A stretch of DNA of 27,997 bases, taken from IMG/VR virus record IMGVR_UViG_3300031658_000079, positions 1-27,997 of that record, one strand, 5' to 3'. Every line of letters starts with the position of its first letter. Positions within the stretch are counted from its first letter, which is position 1. The translations under genes and the position numbers were made by a program. The DNA comes from a virus. Taxonomy: Duplodnaviria > Caudoviricetes. Shown here one piece after another: positions 18,695-27,276 of this stretch. The notes beneath the pieces were generated by a model. That model made no database searches and was not told where the DNA came from. It saw only the letters and a program-made list of their open reading frames with translations.

Positions 18695-21037
18695 ATGAGG
18701 AGATTACTACTACTATTATTATTACCACTTAATTTATTATCCCAGGATTCTTGGGTTAATTTTAAAGTACAGTTTGACTTCTACGCACTAACAGAGTCGA
18801 ACTTCTTTATGGTATCAGATGCATCTGGAGATACAGCTATGTTCTTTCAACCTACTCAACAGTATGAGTATCTAGATACGACTATAGCTTTAAATTCTGG
18901 CTCATATCTATTATCTCTTATGGATAGTTTTGGGGATGGATGGGTATCAGCGCAACCAGCTTGGTTTAAAATGAGTAATATATGTCAAGGTCCTATAGTA
19001 AATTTTACCCCATTAACAATGGCTTTCTTTACGCTAGACACTTTAGTTAATATTTGGCCGTGTGCCCCACCAACGCCACCTTTATGTGCTCCTGCTTTAT
19101 TATACCTTAACTTGGATCAATTCCCAGGAGAAACAACATGGGAAATTAAAGACACAGTTGGAACTATATTAGAATCTGGAGGGCCTTACGCTGTTAATTA
19201 TCAACAACTTACTATACCACTATGTTTACCCCTATCTCCGTTAGTATTTACTATTAACGATACGTATGGGGATGGAATGGCTGGATCATTGTGGGGAGGA
19301 CAAGATGGCTCATATTATATTGTACAATGTTATGACACATTAGTAGATGGAAGTGTTGCTAATTTTATAGATGACTCAACTCATTATTTTATAGCAGATA
19401 CTTGTGCTCCTATCTTTGGTTGTATGGACCCTTTATATTTAGAGTTTAATGTTCAAGCAGATACTAGTGACGGATCCTGTTTAACCTTAATATCATATGG
19501 CTGTATAGATGACAGTATGTATAATTGGAATCCTTTAGCAAACACAATGGAATTAATACCTAACTGTGATTACACATTAACTCTATATGATTTAATGGGT
19601 GATGGTTGGGTTGGCTCTTACCTAGAAGTTGTACAAGGCCTAGACACAAATCAATATATTTTAACAGCAGGTTTTCAACAGAGTTTTACTATAAACTTAG
19701 ATGCACCTCAAGCAGTATCTTTCAAATTCTTCATAACACAACAAGCACAACTAACAGCTGCCCATTGTGGATTTAAACTAACAAACCCTTTAGGAGATAG
19801 TATAATAGAAGTACCAGCTCCATTCCTATTACCTCTTTCTACACATATTACAAATACTTATTGCGGTAATACCTGCGTTGAGAAAGTTTTTGGATGTACA
19901 TTTCCTTTAGCTATTAACTATGATAGTTTAGCAAATACGGATGATGTAAGTTGTTATTATAATCCAGGGTGTACCAATCCGGTATACTTAGAGTATAATG
20001 CTGCGTATGACCAAGAGAATGGTTCTTGCAGCACACTAGTGGTAATAGGGTGTATGGACTCCACTGCATTTAATTATATAGACACCGCAAACACAGAACT
20101 ACCTAACTCTTGTATAGCAGTTGTTGAGGGGTGTATGCAACCATTAGCTTTTAACTATAATGTTAATGCTAATACAGAAGACACTTGTATTGCTATAGTA
20201 TATGGATGTATGAGTCAATTAGCATTAAATTACGACTCACTCGCAAATGTTGATGATAATAGTTGTATTGGAATTGTTTATGGGTGTATTGATACCCTAG
20301 CATTTAATTTCTCTCCTACGGCTAATGTAGACGATGGAGGGTGTATTCCAGTTATGTATGGGTGTATTAACCCAATCATGTTTAACTTTGATACTAGCGC
20401 CAATACTAATGATGGAACGTGCATTCCTTTTATATTTGGATGCACTGACTCAATAATGTTTAATTTTAATATACTAGCAAATGCTGATAACAATTCTTGT
20501 ACTCCTTATGTGTACGGCTGTACTGACCCTTCTTCTCTTAATTACAACGCCCTTGCCAATACAGAAGATTTTAGTTGTATCCCTTACATGTATGGTTGTA
20601 CCGATAGTACTGCTATTAATTATGACTCGACAGCTAATACTGACAATGGTTCGTGTATGGCTGTGGTGGAAGGATGTATGGACCCAAATGCCTACAACTA
20701 CTCAGGATTTGCTAACAGTAGTGACAGCGCTTCTTGCTTATATAGTGCTAATTGCATATCTGGTGATAGTATACCATATTGGTTAAATGACCCTTGCTAT
20801 GCTTGGGTGTTAGAAGTAGATGATTACTGTTGTAATAATGAATGGGATAATATATGTCAATTAACTTACAACCATTGTAATGGTTCTTATACAGGCCCTT
20901 TATTAAGTAGGACGCAAGGAGAAGTAAAATTAATATCTATCACAGACTTACTGGGCAGGCCAGCAAAGGAAGGTAATAATAACTTACTGTTTTATAGATA
21001 TAGTGATGGAACAGTAAAAAAACAATTAAAAAAATAA
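18695..21037 (+). CDS. Exported Cys-repeat protein with T9SS-like C-terminal tail
   Basis: Signal peptide MRRLLLLLLLPLNLLS|Q; three D-x2-GDG[WM] beta-domains; 13 GC-x5-[NE][YFW]-type repeats; a DDYCCNNEWDNIC module; C-terminus KLISITDLLGR...LLFYRYSDGTVKKQLKK. Confidence 0.8.
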   Translation: MRRLLLLLLLPLNLLSQDSWVNFKVQFDFYALTESNFFMVSDASGDTAMFFQPTQQYEYLDTTIALNSGSYLLSLMDSFGDGWVSAQPAWFKMSNICQGPIVNFTPLTMAFFTLDTLVNIWPCAPPTPPLCAPALLYLNLDQFPGETTWEIKDTVGTILESGGPYAVNYQQLTIPLCLPLSPLVFTINDTYGDGMAGSLWGGQDGSYYIVQCYDTLVDGSVANFIDDSTHYFIADTCAPIFGCMDPLYLEFNVQADTSDGSCLTLISYGCIDDSMYNWNPLANTMELIPNCDYTLTLYDLMGDGWVGSYLEVVQGLDTNQYILTAGFQQSFTINLDAPQAVSFKFFITQQAQLTAAHCGFKLTNPLGDSIIEVPAPFLLPLSTHITNTYCGNTCVEKVFGCTFPLAINYDSLANTDDVSCYYNPGCTNPVYLEYNAAYDQENGSCSTLVVIGCMDSTAFNYIDTANTELPNSCIAVVEGCMQPLAFNYNVNANTEDTCIAIVYGCMSQLALNYDSLANVDDNSCIGIVYGCIDTLAFNFSPTANVDDGGCIPVMYGCINPIMFNFDTSANTNDGTCIPFIFGCTDSIMFNFNILANADNNSCTPYVYGCTDPSSLNYNALANTEDFSCIPYMYGCTDSTAINYDSTANTDNGSCMAVVEGCMDPNAYNYSGFANSSDSASCLYSANCISGDSIPYWLNDPCYAWVLEVDDYCCNNEWDNICQLTYNHCNGSYTGPLLSRTQGEVKLISITDLLGRPAKEGNNNLLFYRYSDGTVKKQLKK
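19892..20737 (+). repeat. Tandem array of 11 Cys repeats of about 26 aa
   Basis: The Gly-Cys codon pairs at 20204, 20282, 20360, 20438, 20516, 20594 and 20672 are exactly 78 nt apart. Four further units lie upstream, from 19892. Confidence 0.9.
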
Positions 21038-21044
21038 TAAAATA

Positions 21045-21416
21045 ATGGCACAATCATCAGAAGAAGTACTTCTAGCTGGAATATCAGGAGAAGTAAAAAC
21101 AACAAGAGACCACATGTTAGGACAACTAGGTTCTGCATTTAATGATTCAGGAGACGCTGTAACTCCCCCAACAGGTAAGGTTATAACTGCAATTTCTTTT
21201 TTAGGAACTATGTCTTTAGCTGGGTTGGTAGCAGAAAATATATCAGGTAGCATGTCTTTTGCTTTAACGGCAGGCCAGAATGGAGAAGGTGCAGGAGGCG
21301 AGGTAATAGACGCAAGTAATAAATTTCCTTCTGGAGCAACTATACACGGAAGGTGGACTTCTGTAACATGTACTGCACAAGCTTCTGGAGGTATAATAGC
21401 TTATTTCGGGTACTAA
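21045..21416 (+). CDS. Hypothetical small beta-rich phage protein
   Basis: 123 aa, Gly/Ala/Thr-rich (LGQLGS, PPTGKVITAI, FPSGATIHGRW). Its stop overlaps the next start (TAATG). Confidence 0.65.
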   Translation: MAQSSEEVLLAGISGEVKTTRDHMLGQLGSAFNDSGDAVTPPTGKVITAISFLGTMSLAGLVAENISGSMSFALTAGQNGEGAGGEVIDASNKFPSGATIHGRWTSVTCTAQASGGIIAYFGY

Positions 21417-22432
21417 TGAATAGTATGGGTATAAATATCAGTAATCCTATTTCAGATTCCTCTAGGAAGATGAAGTATGTGGCATCAGTTAAGTCTGTAA
21501 CTATGGGAGGAACTTCTGACTATTTAGATTGTGGGGATGCAACTGATTTTTCACATACTTCTGGGTACGGCGCTTCCAATGATTTACCATTTAGTGTATC
21601 TGCGTGGGTTAAAGCCTCCGGCACTCAAAATTATACTATTGTAAGTAAAGCAGACGCGGCTTCTGGTAACCATGAATATAGAGTATTTATGCTAGGCAAT
21701 AAAATATACTTTGATGTATATTCTAATACTAATAATGTTTATAAACGTGCATACTCTGTAAATGCACACACATATGCAAACACATGGGTGCACTATGTTG
21801 CTACATATGCTGGCGACTTTAACGTTTCCAATCCCCTTAGAATTTATATAAATGGAGTTCTGGATATAACAGGTACTGGATCTGGAGGGACATATACAGG
21901 TATGAACAATGAAACCTCAAAGTTGACATTTGGACACATGTTATCAGACCCTAACTATGATTTAGCAGGGAATATGTCAGATATAATGATGTGGAAAGAT
22001 TATGAGCTATCTCCTGCGGAGGTTGACGCTATGTATAATGATGGTGTATACTCAGTAGATCCTATGGAAGATAAGGGATCTTATGGGGGAGCAGCTTACT
22101 GTAAATTATGGTTAAAATGTGATGCTGATGTTGCTATCACTTCACCTACTTCGTCTACTGTGTACGTATCATACAGAGACCCAGCAACTCCAGAGGTCCC
22201 ACCATCGGGATCAATACTTAAACTTACGTCCGGAGAGGAATTTGATGAACACTGCTCAGGGTTTACGGACCCTTGCTGGAAAATAATAGATCCTGCAGGT
22301 ACTCCGGGAATTACGGGTACTCCGGATTACAGTGGGGGCACAGTGCACAATACAAGTTATGTAAATCAAACTTCACTAAATGCTTCTACTACACCGTGTA
22401 GTGCTGTTATTTCTAATGAATATGCCTTTTAA
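21416..22432 (+). CDS. LamG / concanavalin A-like lectin-fold protein
   Basis: FSVSAWVK, TIVSK, WVHYVATY, RIYINGV, GNMSDIMMW...LSPAEVDAMYN. Start reassigned from 21353 to the coupled ATG at 21416. Confidence 0.85.
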   Translation: MNSMGINISNPISDSSRKMKYVASVKSVTMGGTSDYLDCGDATDFSHTSGYGASNDLPFSVSAWVKASGTQNYTIVSKADAASGNHEYRVFMLGNKIYFDVYSNTNNVYKRAYSVNAHTYANTWVHYVATYAGDFNVSNPLRIYINGVLDITGTGSGGTYTGMNNETSKLTFGHMLSDPNYDLAGNMSDIMMWKDYELSPAEVDAMYNDGVYSVDPMEDKGSYGGAAYCKLWLKCDADVAITSPTSSTVYVSYRDPATPEVPPSGSILKLTSGEEFDEHCSGFTDPCWKIIDPAGTPGITGTPDYSGGTVHNTSYVNQTSLNASTTPCSAVISNEYAF

Positions 22433-22433
22433 T

Positions 22434-23501
22434 ATGAAAAAATTAATACTAATATTATTTTGTCTTTTTACTTTAGGTGCCAATGCCCAAATAAAAAAGT
22501 ACTTTAAGTTTGCTACTTTCTATGCGGCAGTGAATGGAGGAACATCTATGTCTGACCTTAAAACTTTTAAAGTATCATCAGGGCAATTAGAAGAGGGGAT
22601 TACAACTACTCCTTATGATTATTCTGTTACTTTAGGGTTACGGAAAATAGCTAGATTTGGGTATGAGAATAAAGCCAATACATTTTATGATGGTACTGAG
22701 ACATCTTGGTCAGATAATGCTACAGTTGGTAAAGTACAAGGATTTGAATATTTATTTGAATTAGACTATGCTAGACAACAAGGTGTAGATTACCTAGACC
22801 AGCATCATTTTATTAGATATAGTTCTGATGATGATTGCGTAGGTAAGTGGTGCCTTAATGAGTTTACTACCAAAGTAGAATACTTAAACGACGGTTTTGC
22901 TGATGTTGAGTATTTTGAAGTATCAGAAAGATATAGAATTAAGAAAAATAGAAAACTAGCTTTTAATATAGGAGCTGCACATAGACTATCAGAGCCTTAT
23001 GGGTACGATCCTTTAGAGGATTGGATATTAAGTAATGGTAGTTTACATTATACGCATTTAGCTATAATGGAGGGATATACGGTCGATGTATATGCAAATG
23101 AATATAAAGATCCAGATGGTAATATAGTTGCTACTAGCTCTGAGGTATGGAAAGAAGTAATAATACCACAAGTATTAGCAGATTATTCTGAAAAGAAAAG
23201 AAACGAATTAAATAACCAGATACAACATTCTCTTATAGTTGGGTTTGATTACTATAAATATTCTAAAACCTCTTGGCTGCACGCTTGGGGAAATTTAATG
23301 CCGTTACATTATAATGATAACAGTGAATTTTCTTACCATAGATATAATGACGGAGAACAATGGTATGATTATTCTGCTGGTTTAATATATGGTGTTAAGA
23401 TAAATAGTCATTTAGGTTATTTTGTAGAAGGAAAATATAATAAGTATTGGAACAGAACCTGGTACGATTTTAAGTTTGGAGTTAATTACGTTATATTCTA
23501 A
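22434..23501 (+). CDS. Probable outer-membrane beta-barrel protein
   Basis: Start reassigned to 22434 (MKKLILILFCLFTLGANA|Q signal peptide). Many amphipathic, aromatic-ended strands. C-terminus YDFKFGVNYVIF has the terminal-Phe beta-signal pattern. Confidence 0.75.
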   Translation: MKKLILILFCLFTLGANAQIKKYFKFATFYAAVNGGTSMSDLKTFKVSSGQLEEGITTTPYDYSVTLGLRKIARFGYENKANTFYDGTETSWSDNATVGKVQGFEYLFELDYARQQGVDYLDQHHFIRYSSDDDCVGKWCLNEFTTKVEYLNDGFADVEYFEVSERYRIKKNRKLAFNIGAAHRLSEPYGYDPLEDWILSNGSLHYTHLAIMEGYTVDVYANEYKDPDGNIVATSSEVWKEVIIPQVLADYSEKKRNELNNQIQHSLIVGFDYYKYSKTSWLHAWGNLMPLHYNDNSEFSYHRYNDGEQWYDYSAGLIYGVKINSHLGYFVEGKYNKYWNRTWYDFKFGVNYVIF

Positions 23502-23563
23502 TGAAAATACAACTAATTATAACTGAGGATGAGATTGTAGAGGAGCTCAATTACGGGAGATAA
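23501..23563 (+). CDS. Possible 20-aa micro-ORF (MKIQLIITEDEIVEELNYGR)
   Basis: ATG overlaps the upstream stop (TAATG), the same coupling used by real genes in this window. Very short. Confidence 0.25.
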   Translation: MKIQLIITEDEIVEELNYGR

Positions 23564-23585
23564 AAATTAATATTAAACTAAAATT

Positions 23586-23756
23586 ATGAATTGGATAAAT
23601 AGTTGGAACACAGGAAATAAGAAATTAAAATACGGCATTAAAATTAGAATAGGTAAAATAACTATTCTAGATCTTAGAGCGTGTTTATTTTGTGATGTAG
23701 GTTGTACATCTAAAAGATTTAGACTTGTAGTATTTAACCTTGGATTTGAATTATAA
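23586..23756 (+). CDS. 56-aa hypothetical protein missed by the ORF track
   Basis: MNWINSWNTGNKKLKYGIKIRIGKITILDLRACLFCDVGCTSKRFRLVVFNLGFEL. A-rich leader; fills the gap and ends 1 nt before the next ATG. Confidence 0.7.
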   Translation: MNWINSWNTGNKKLKYGIKIRIGKITILDLRACLFCDVGCTSKRFRLVVFNLGFEL

Positions 23757-23757
23757 G

Positions 23758-23967
23758 ATGTCTATCACAAACAAGCAGATACACGACGAGCTTAAAGATC
23801 TTAAACTTGATGTGAGATATATTAAGAAGAAGTTATTAGATCCGGATGATGGGACTATAGCTAGGGTTAATAAGAACACAGAGTTTAGAGCAACAACAGG
23901 TAAAGTACTATGGTCCGTTTGGATTGTATTATTAGGTATAATTGGTAAACTAACATTTTGGAATTAA
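23758..23967 (+). CDS. Small membrane protein, holin candidate
   Basis: 69 aa from the ATG at 23758. Charged N-terminus, one C-terminal TM segment (VLWSVWIVLLGIIGKLTFW), and 1 nt before the DUF5675 gene. Confidence 0.5.
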   Translation: MSITNKQIHDELKDLKLDVRYIKKKLLDPDDGTIARVNKNTEFRATTGKVLWSVWIVLLGIIGKLTFWN

Positions 23968-23968
23968 G

Positions 23969-24433
23969 ATGAAATTAAAAGTATTAAGATTTAGCAGCCA
24001 AAAGGATTCAACTAATGGATTACTTTTTGACGCAACAGATGGTGATAAGTTTTTATGCTATACACTAGAAGATGAAGCGAGAGCTATTAAGGTAAAAGCA
24101 GAGACACGTATTCCAGCAGGAGTTTATAAAATTCTATTTAGAACAGAGGGTGGATTTCATGCAAAATATACGAACAGGTATGGTAGCATGCATAAAGGTA
24201 TGCTACATATACAAGATGTTCCTAATTTTGAGTATATCCTTATACACACAGGTAACACTGATGAGCATACTGCAGGATGTTTAATTTTAGGAGATTCTCA
24301 AGAAAATAATATAACAACTGAGAATGGGTTTATAGGTAAATCTACTACTTCTTATAAACGCGTATATCCTAAGATAGCTAAAGCATTAGAAAAAGGTGAA
24401 GAAGTAACAATTGAGTATATTGATTTTGATTAA
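23969..24433 (+). CDS. DUF5675-family protein, putative cell-wall enzyme/endolysin
   Basis: LCYTLED, TRIPAGVY, QDVPNFEYILIHTGNTDEHTAGCLILG; His...Gly-Cys arrangement as in L,D-transpeptidase-like folds. Confidence 0.8.
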   Translation: MKLKVLRFSSQKDSTNGLLFDATDGDKFLCYTLEDEARAIKVKAETRIPAGVYKILFRTEGGFHAKYTNRYGSMHKGMLHIQDVPNFEYILIHTGNTDEHTAGCLILGDSQENNITTENGFIGKSTTSYKRVYPKIAKALEKGEEVTIEYIDFD

Positions 24434-24645
24434 TGAAAGTACTAGGAAAAAGTAAAACATACATACATGATCAGGGCAATCCTAGTGATGTGTGGACAAT
24501 AGAACATAACTTAGGGAAATTTCCCTCAGTCTCTGTGGTAGATTCGGCAAATTCAATTGTAACGGGAGAGGTACAGTATATAACAAAACATAAAATAAAA
24601 GTAACATTTACATCAGGTTTTTCAGGAAAAGCCTACTTAAATTAA
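24433..24645 (+). CDS. Small stand-alone beta-domain protein associated with the fibre
   Basis: 70 aa, WTIEHNLGKFPSVSVVD...VTF...SGKAYLN; TAATG-coupled to the upstream gene; resembles the C-terminal domain of the next gene. Confidence 0.7.
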   Translation: MKVLGKSKTYIHDQGNPSDVWTIEHNLGKFPSVSVVDSANSIVTGEVQYITKHKIKVTFTSGFSGKAYLN

Positions 24646-24651
24646 AATACT

Positions 24652-27273
24652 ATGGCAAAAATAAATTATTTAGTAGATCTAGATTTAAATCAGAATCAAC
24701 TAACAAATGCAAGAATTCAAAACTTAGCATCGGCGCCAGCCAATCCAGTTGAAGGTCAAATCTATTATGACACCTCAGACGGAGATAAACAAATATATGT
24801 GTGGAATGGTACTATCTGGGCAGGTGTTGCACATATAGCAAACCTTGCAACAGAAACTACTATAGCCTCTGGAGACACAGTAGGTTTTTCTGATGAAAGT
24901 GAATCAGGAGATCCTAATAATAATATAACTATAAATAATTTAATTGGTACAGGACTGCAACATGTTGCAGCTGCCTCTGTTACAAATGGAGATCATTTCT
25001 TATTTTTAGATGGCGGTGCTACTGGAACGGCTAAAAAAGAAGCTGTACACGATCTAGCAACTTTGTTTGCTGGGTCCGGGTTAACAGCTACAAATTCCGT
25101 TATTAATGTAGGAACGTTAAATCAAAACACAACTGGATCAGCTGGTACTGTGACAAATATTGGCAACCTAACAGGTGAGGTTACATCTACTAATAGAGTA
25201 ACGGTTATTGCAGGTAATGTAGTTGACGAAGCTAATCTTAAAGTTTCTAACGGACCTACAAACGGTTACGTCTTATCAGCACAGTCTGATAATAATGGTG
25301 GTTTAACATGGGTTGACTCTGCTGCCTCTACTCAAACTCTAAGCAATAAAACTATTGCAGCTTCTCAAGTAACTGAAATATCTAATATAACTGCTGGGGA
25401 AGGAGCGCAACTAGAAAATATTGGGTCGACTACAATATCCGCTACACAATGGGGATACTTAGGTGCTGCATCAGGTGCTATAACTAATAGTAACACACAG
25501 CTATCACAAGCGCAAGTAGAAGATTTTGCAGGTGGTTTATTTAGCGGAAACACTGAAACAGGTATTACTGCTACATATCAAGCGGGTGATAACACAGTAG
25601 ATTTAGTTGTAGGTACATTGAATCAAAATACAACTGGATCCGCAGCAACACTAACATCTGCGCGAGCAATAAATGGTGTTGACTTCGATGGCTCTGCTGC
25701 AATCACGGTTACAGCTGCCGCTGGTACGCTTTCAGGTAATACATTAAAGTCCAGTGTTGTTGCTAGTTCACTTACATCTGTAGGTACTATTGCAACAGGT
25801 GTTTGGAATGGAACCGTTATTGCTTCTGCTAAATTAGATGCTGATACAGCTCACTTAACCACAGCACAAACATTTACTGGTTCTAAAACGATGGGGACCA
25901 CTACAAAGCTTAACTTTAGAGACGCTAATGCTTTTATAAATTCTCCAACCGCAAATGATCTTGAAGTTGTTGCAACTACAATTACTTTGGATGCTGGTGC
26001 TGATATTCAGTTAGAAGGAGCTACAACTGTTACTGGTAACTTATCTGTTTCGGGTAACTTAAATATTGATGGAACAACAACGACTATTGATTCTACTACA
26101 GTTGCAATAGCTGATAGTATGTTGAAGCTAGCTAAAGACCAAGCAAACACAGCTGATGCTTTGGATTTTGGTTTCTACGGTCAGTACGGTGTTGGTGGAA
26201 CTCACAAATACGCTGGTGTATTTAGAGATGGAAGTGTAACTGGTGATCCATTTACTTTCTTCGATAGTCTACAAGCTGAACCTGGAACAACGGTTAACAC
26301 TGGTGGTACTGGTTATGATTTAGCAGATATATCAGCAGGTGCAATAACTTCTGCTGATGGTTTTACCGGTGATTTGACTGGTGATGTAACAGGAAACGCT
26401 GACACAGCTACTACGCTAGCAACAGCAAGAACAATTGGTGGTGTATCATTTAATGGTTCTGCTAATATAAATCTTCCAGGCGTTAACAGTGCAGGTAATC
26501 AAAATACTTCTGGATCTGCAGCTACCTTAAAAACGGCTAGAACAATCGGTGGAGTTTCCTTTAATGGATCTGCTAATATTAACTTACCAGGTGTCAACGC
26601 AGCTGGTAATCAAAACACAAGTGGTACTGCAGCAAGAGCTACATTAGCGTCGGGCGCTGACACGCTAGAAACTGCGAGAACAATTGGTGGGGTATCTTTT
26701 GATGGTAGTGCTAATATTAATTTACCGGGTGTAAATACTGCAGGTAATCAAGCAACATCTGGTTTAGCTGCAACAGCAACTATACTAGCTACTAACAGGG
26801 CAATTAATGGTGTAAACTTTAATGGATCAGCTGCAATAACAGTAACCGCTGCTGCAACGTCACTAACGGGTACCTCGCTAAAATCTACAGTTGTAGGATC
26901 TTCTTTAACAAGTGTTGGTACATTAACTAGTGGTAATACAACAGCTACCGTTAGCGCGGCTTCTTTAACCGCTGCAGGTATTTCAGAGAGAGCTACAACA
27001 GGTGAAGCTTTGGAAGGTACTGACACATCAAGACATGTAACGTCTGCTGGTTTAGCTGCTAGGAGTTACACAACAACTATTGGTGGAGCTACAAGTATTG
27101 CAGTTACTCACGATTTAGGTACAAGAGCTGTAATAGTTCAAATGTTTGATACAAGTTCTTACGAAACTGTACATGCTCAAGTTGTTAGAACATCTACAAC
27201 AGTTGTAACTGCAACTTTCAATTCTGCTCCAAGTGCTGGAGATGTTACAATAATGATTACTAAAGTACAATAA
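24652..27273 (+). CDS. Tail/head fibre protein with internal repeats
   Basis: 873 aa, Thr/Ala/Gly/Ser-rich. P.EGQIYYDT...YVWNGT.W motif, [20 protein letters not shown] motif, [16 protein letters not shown] repeats and a terminal HDLG beta-domain. Confidence 0.85.
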   Translation: MAKINYLVDLDLNQNQLTNARIQNLASAPANPVEGQIYYDTSDGDKQIYVWNGTIWAGVAHIANLATETTIASGDTVGFSDESESGDPNNNITINNLIGTGLQHVAAASVTNGDHFLFLDGGATGTAKKEAVHDLATLFAGSGLTATNSVINVGTLNQNTTGSAGTVTNIGNLTGEVTSTNRVTVIAGNVVDEANLKVSNGPTNGYVLSAQSDNNGGLTWVDSAASTQTLSNKTIAASQVTEISNITAGEGAQLENIGSTTISATQWGYLGAASGAITNSNTQLSQAQVEDFAGGLFSGNTETGITATYQAGDNTVDLVVGTLNQNTTGSAATLTSARAINGVDFDGSAAITVTAAAGTLSGNTLKSSVVASSLTSVGTIATGVWNGTVIASAKLDADTAHLTTAQTFTGSKTMGTTTKLNFRDANAFINSPTANDLEVVATTITLDAGADIQLEGATTVTGNLSVSGNLNIDGTTTTIDSTTVAIADSMLKLAKDQANTADALDFGFYGQYGVGGTHKYAGVFRDGSVTGDPFTFFDSLQAEPGTTVNTGGTGYDLADISAGAITSADGFTGDLTGDVTGNADTATTLATARTIGGVSFNGSANINLPGVNSAGNQNTSGSAATLKTARTIGGVSFNGSANINLPGVNAAGNQNTSGTAARATLASGADTLETARTIGGVSFDGSANINLPGVNTAGNQATSGLAATATILATNRAINGVNFNGSAAITVTAAATSLTGTSLKSTVVGSSLTSVGTLTSGNTTATVSAASLTAAGISERATTGEALEGTDTSRHVTSAGLAARSYTTTIGGATSIAVTHDLGTRAVIVQMFDTSSYETVHAQVVRTSTTVVTATFNSAPSAGDVTIMITKVQ
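26422..26763 (+). repeat. Three coding repeats [10 protein letters not shown][ND][20 protein letters not shown]
   Basis: Units start at 26422, 26533 and 26671 (spacings 111 and 138 nt). Confidence 0.95.
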
Positions 27274-27276
27274 TCA

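Noticed and set aside
12537-20786. Alternative-frame + strand ORFs 12537-12719, 14574-14891 and 20481-20786
   Set aside because: Their repeated MMxLV / IIIM patterns are just off-frame readings of the DDGSC and NYN repeat codons. There is no independent evidence and no slippery site was noticed.
21353-23757. ORF-track starts at 21353, 22380 and 23740
   Set aside because: They overlap upstream genes. Downstream ATGs at 21416, 22434 and 23758 are coupled to the preceding stops, and the 22434 start exposes a clean signal peptide.
19892-26763. CRISPR array or diversity-generating retroelement TR/VR pair suggested by the periodic repeats
   Set aside because: The repeats are conserved at protein level and diverge at synonymous positions. 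I saw no identical DNA repeats with spacers, no adenine-specific mismatch pair and no reverse transcriptase in the window.
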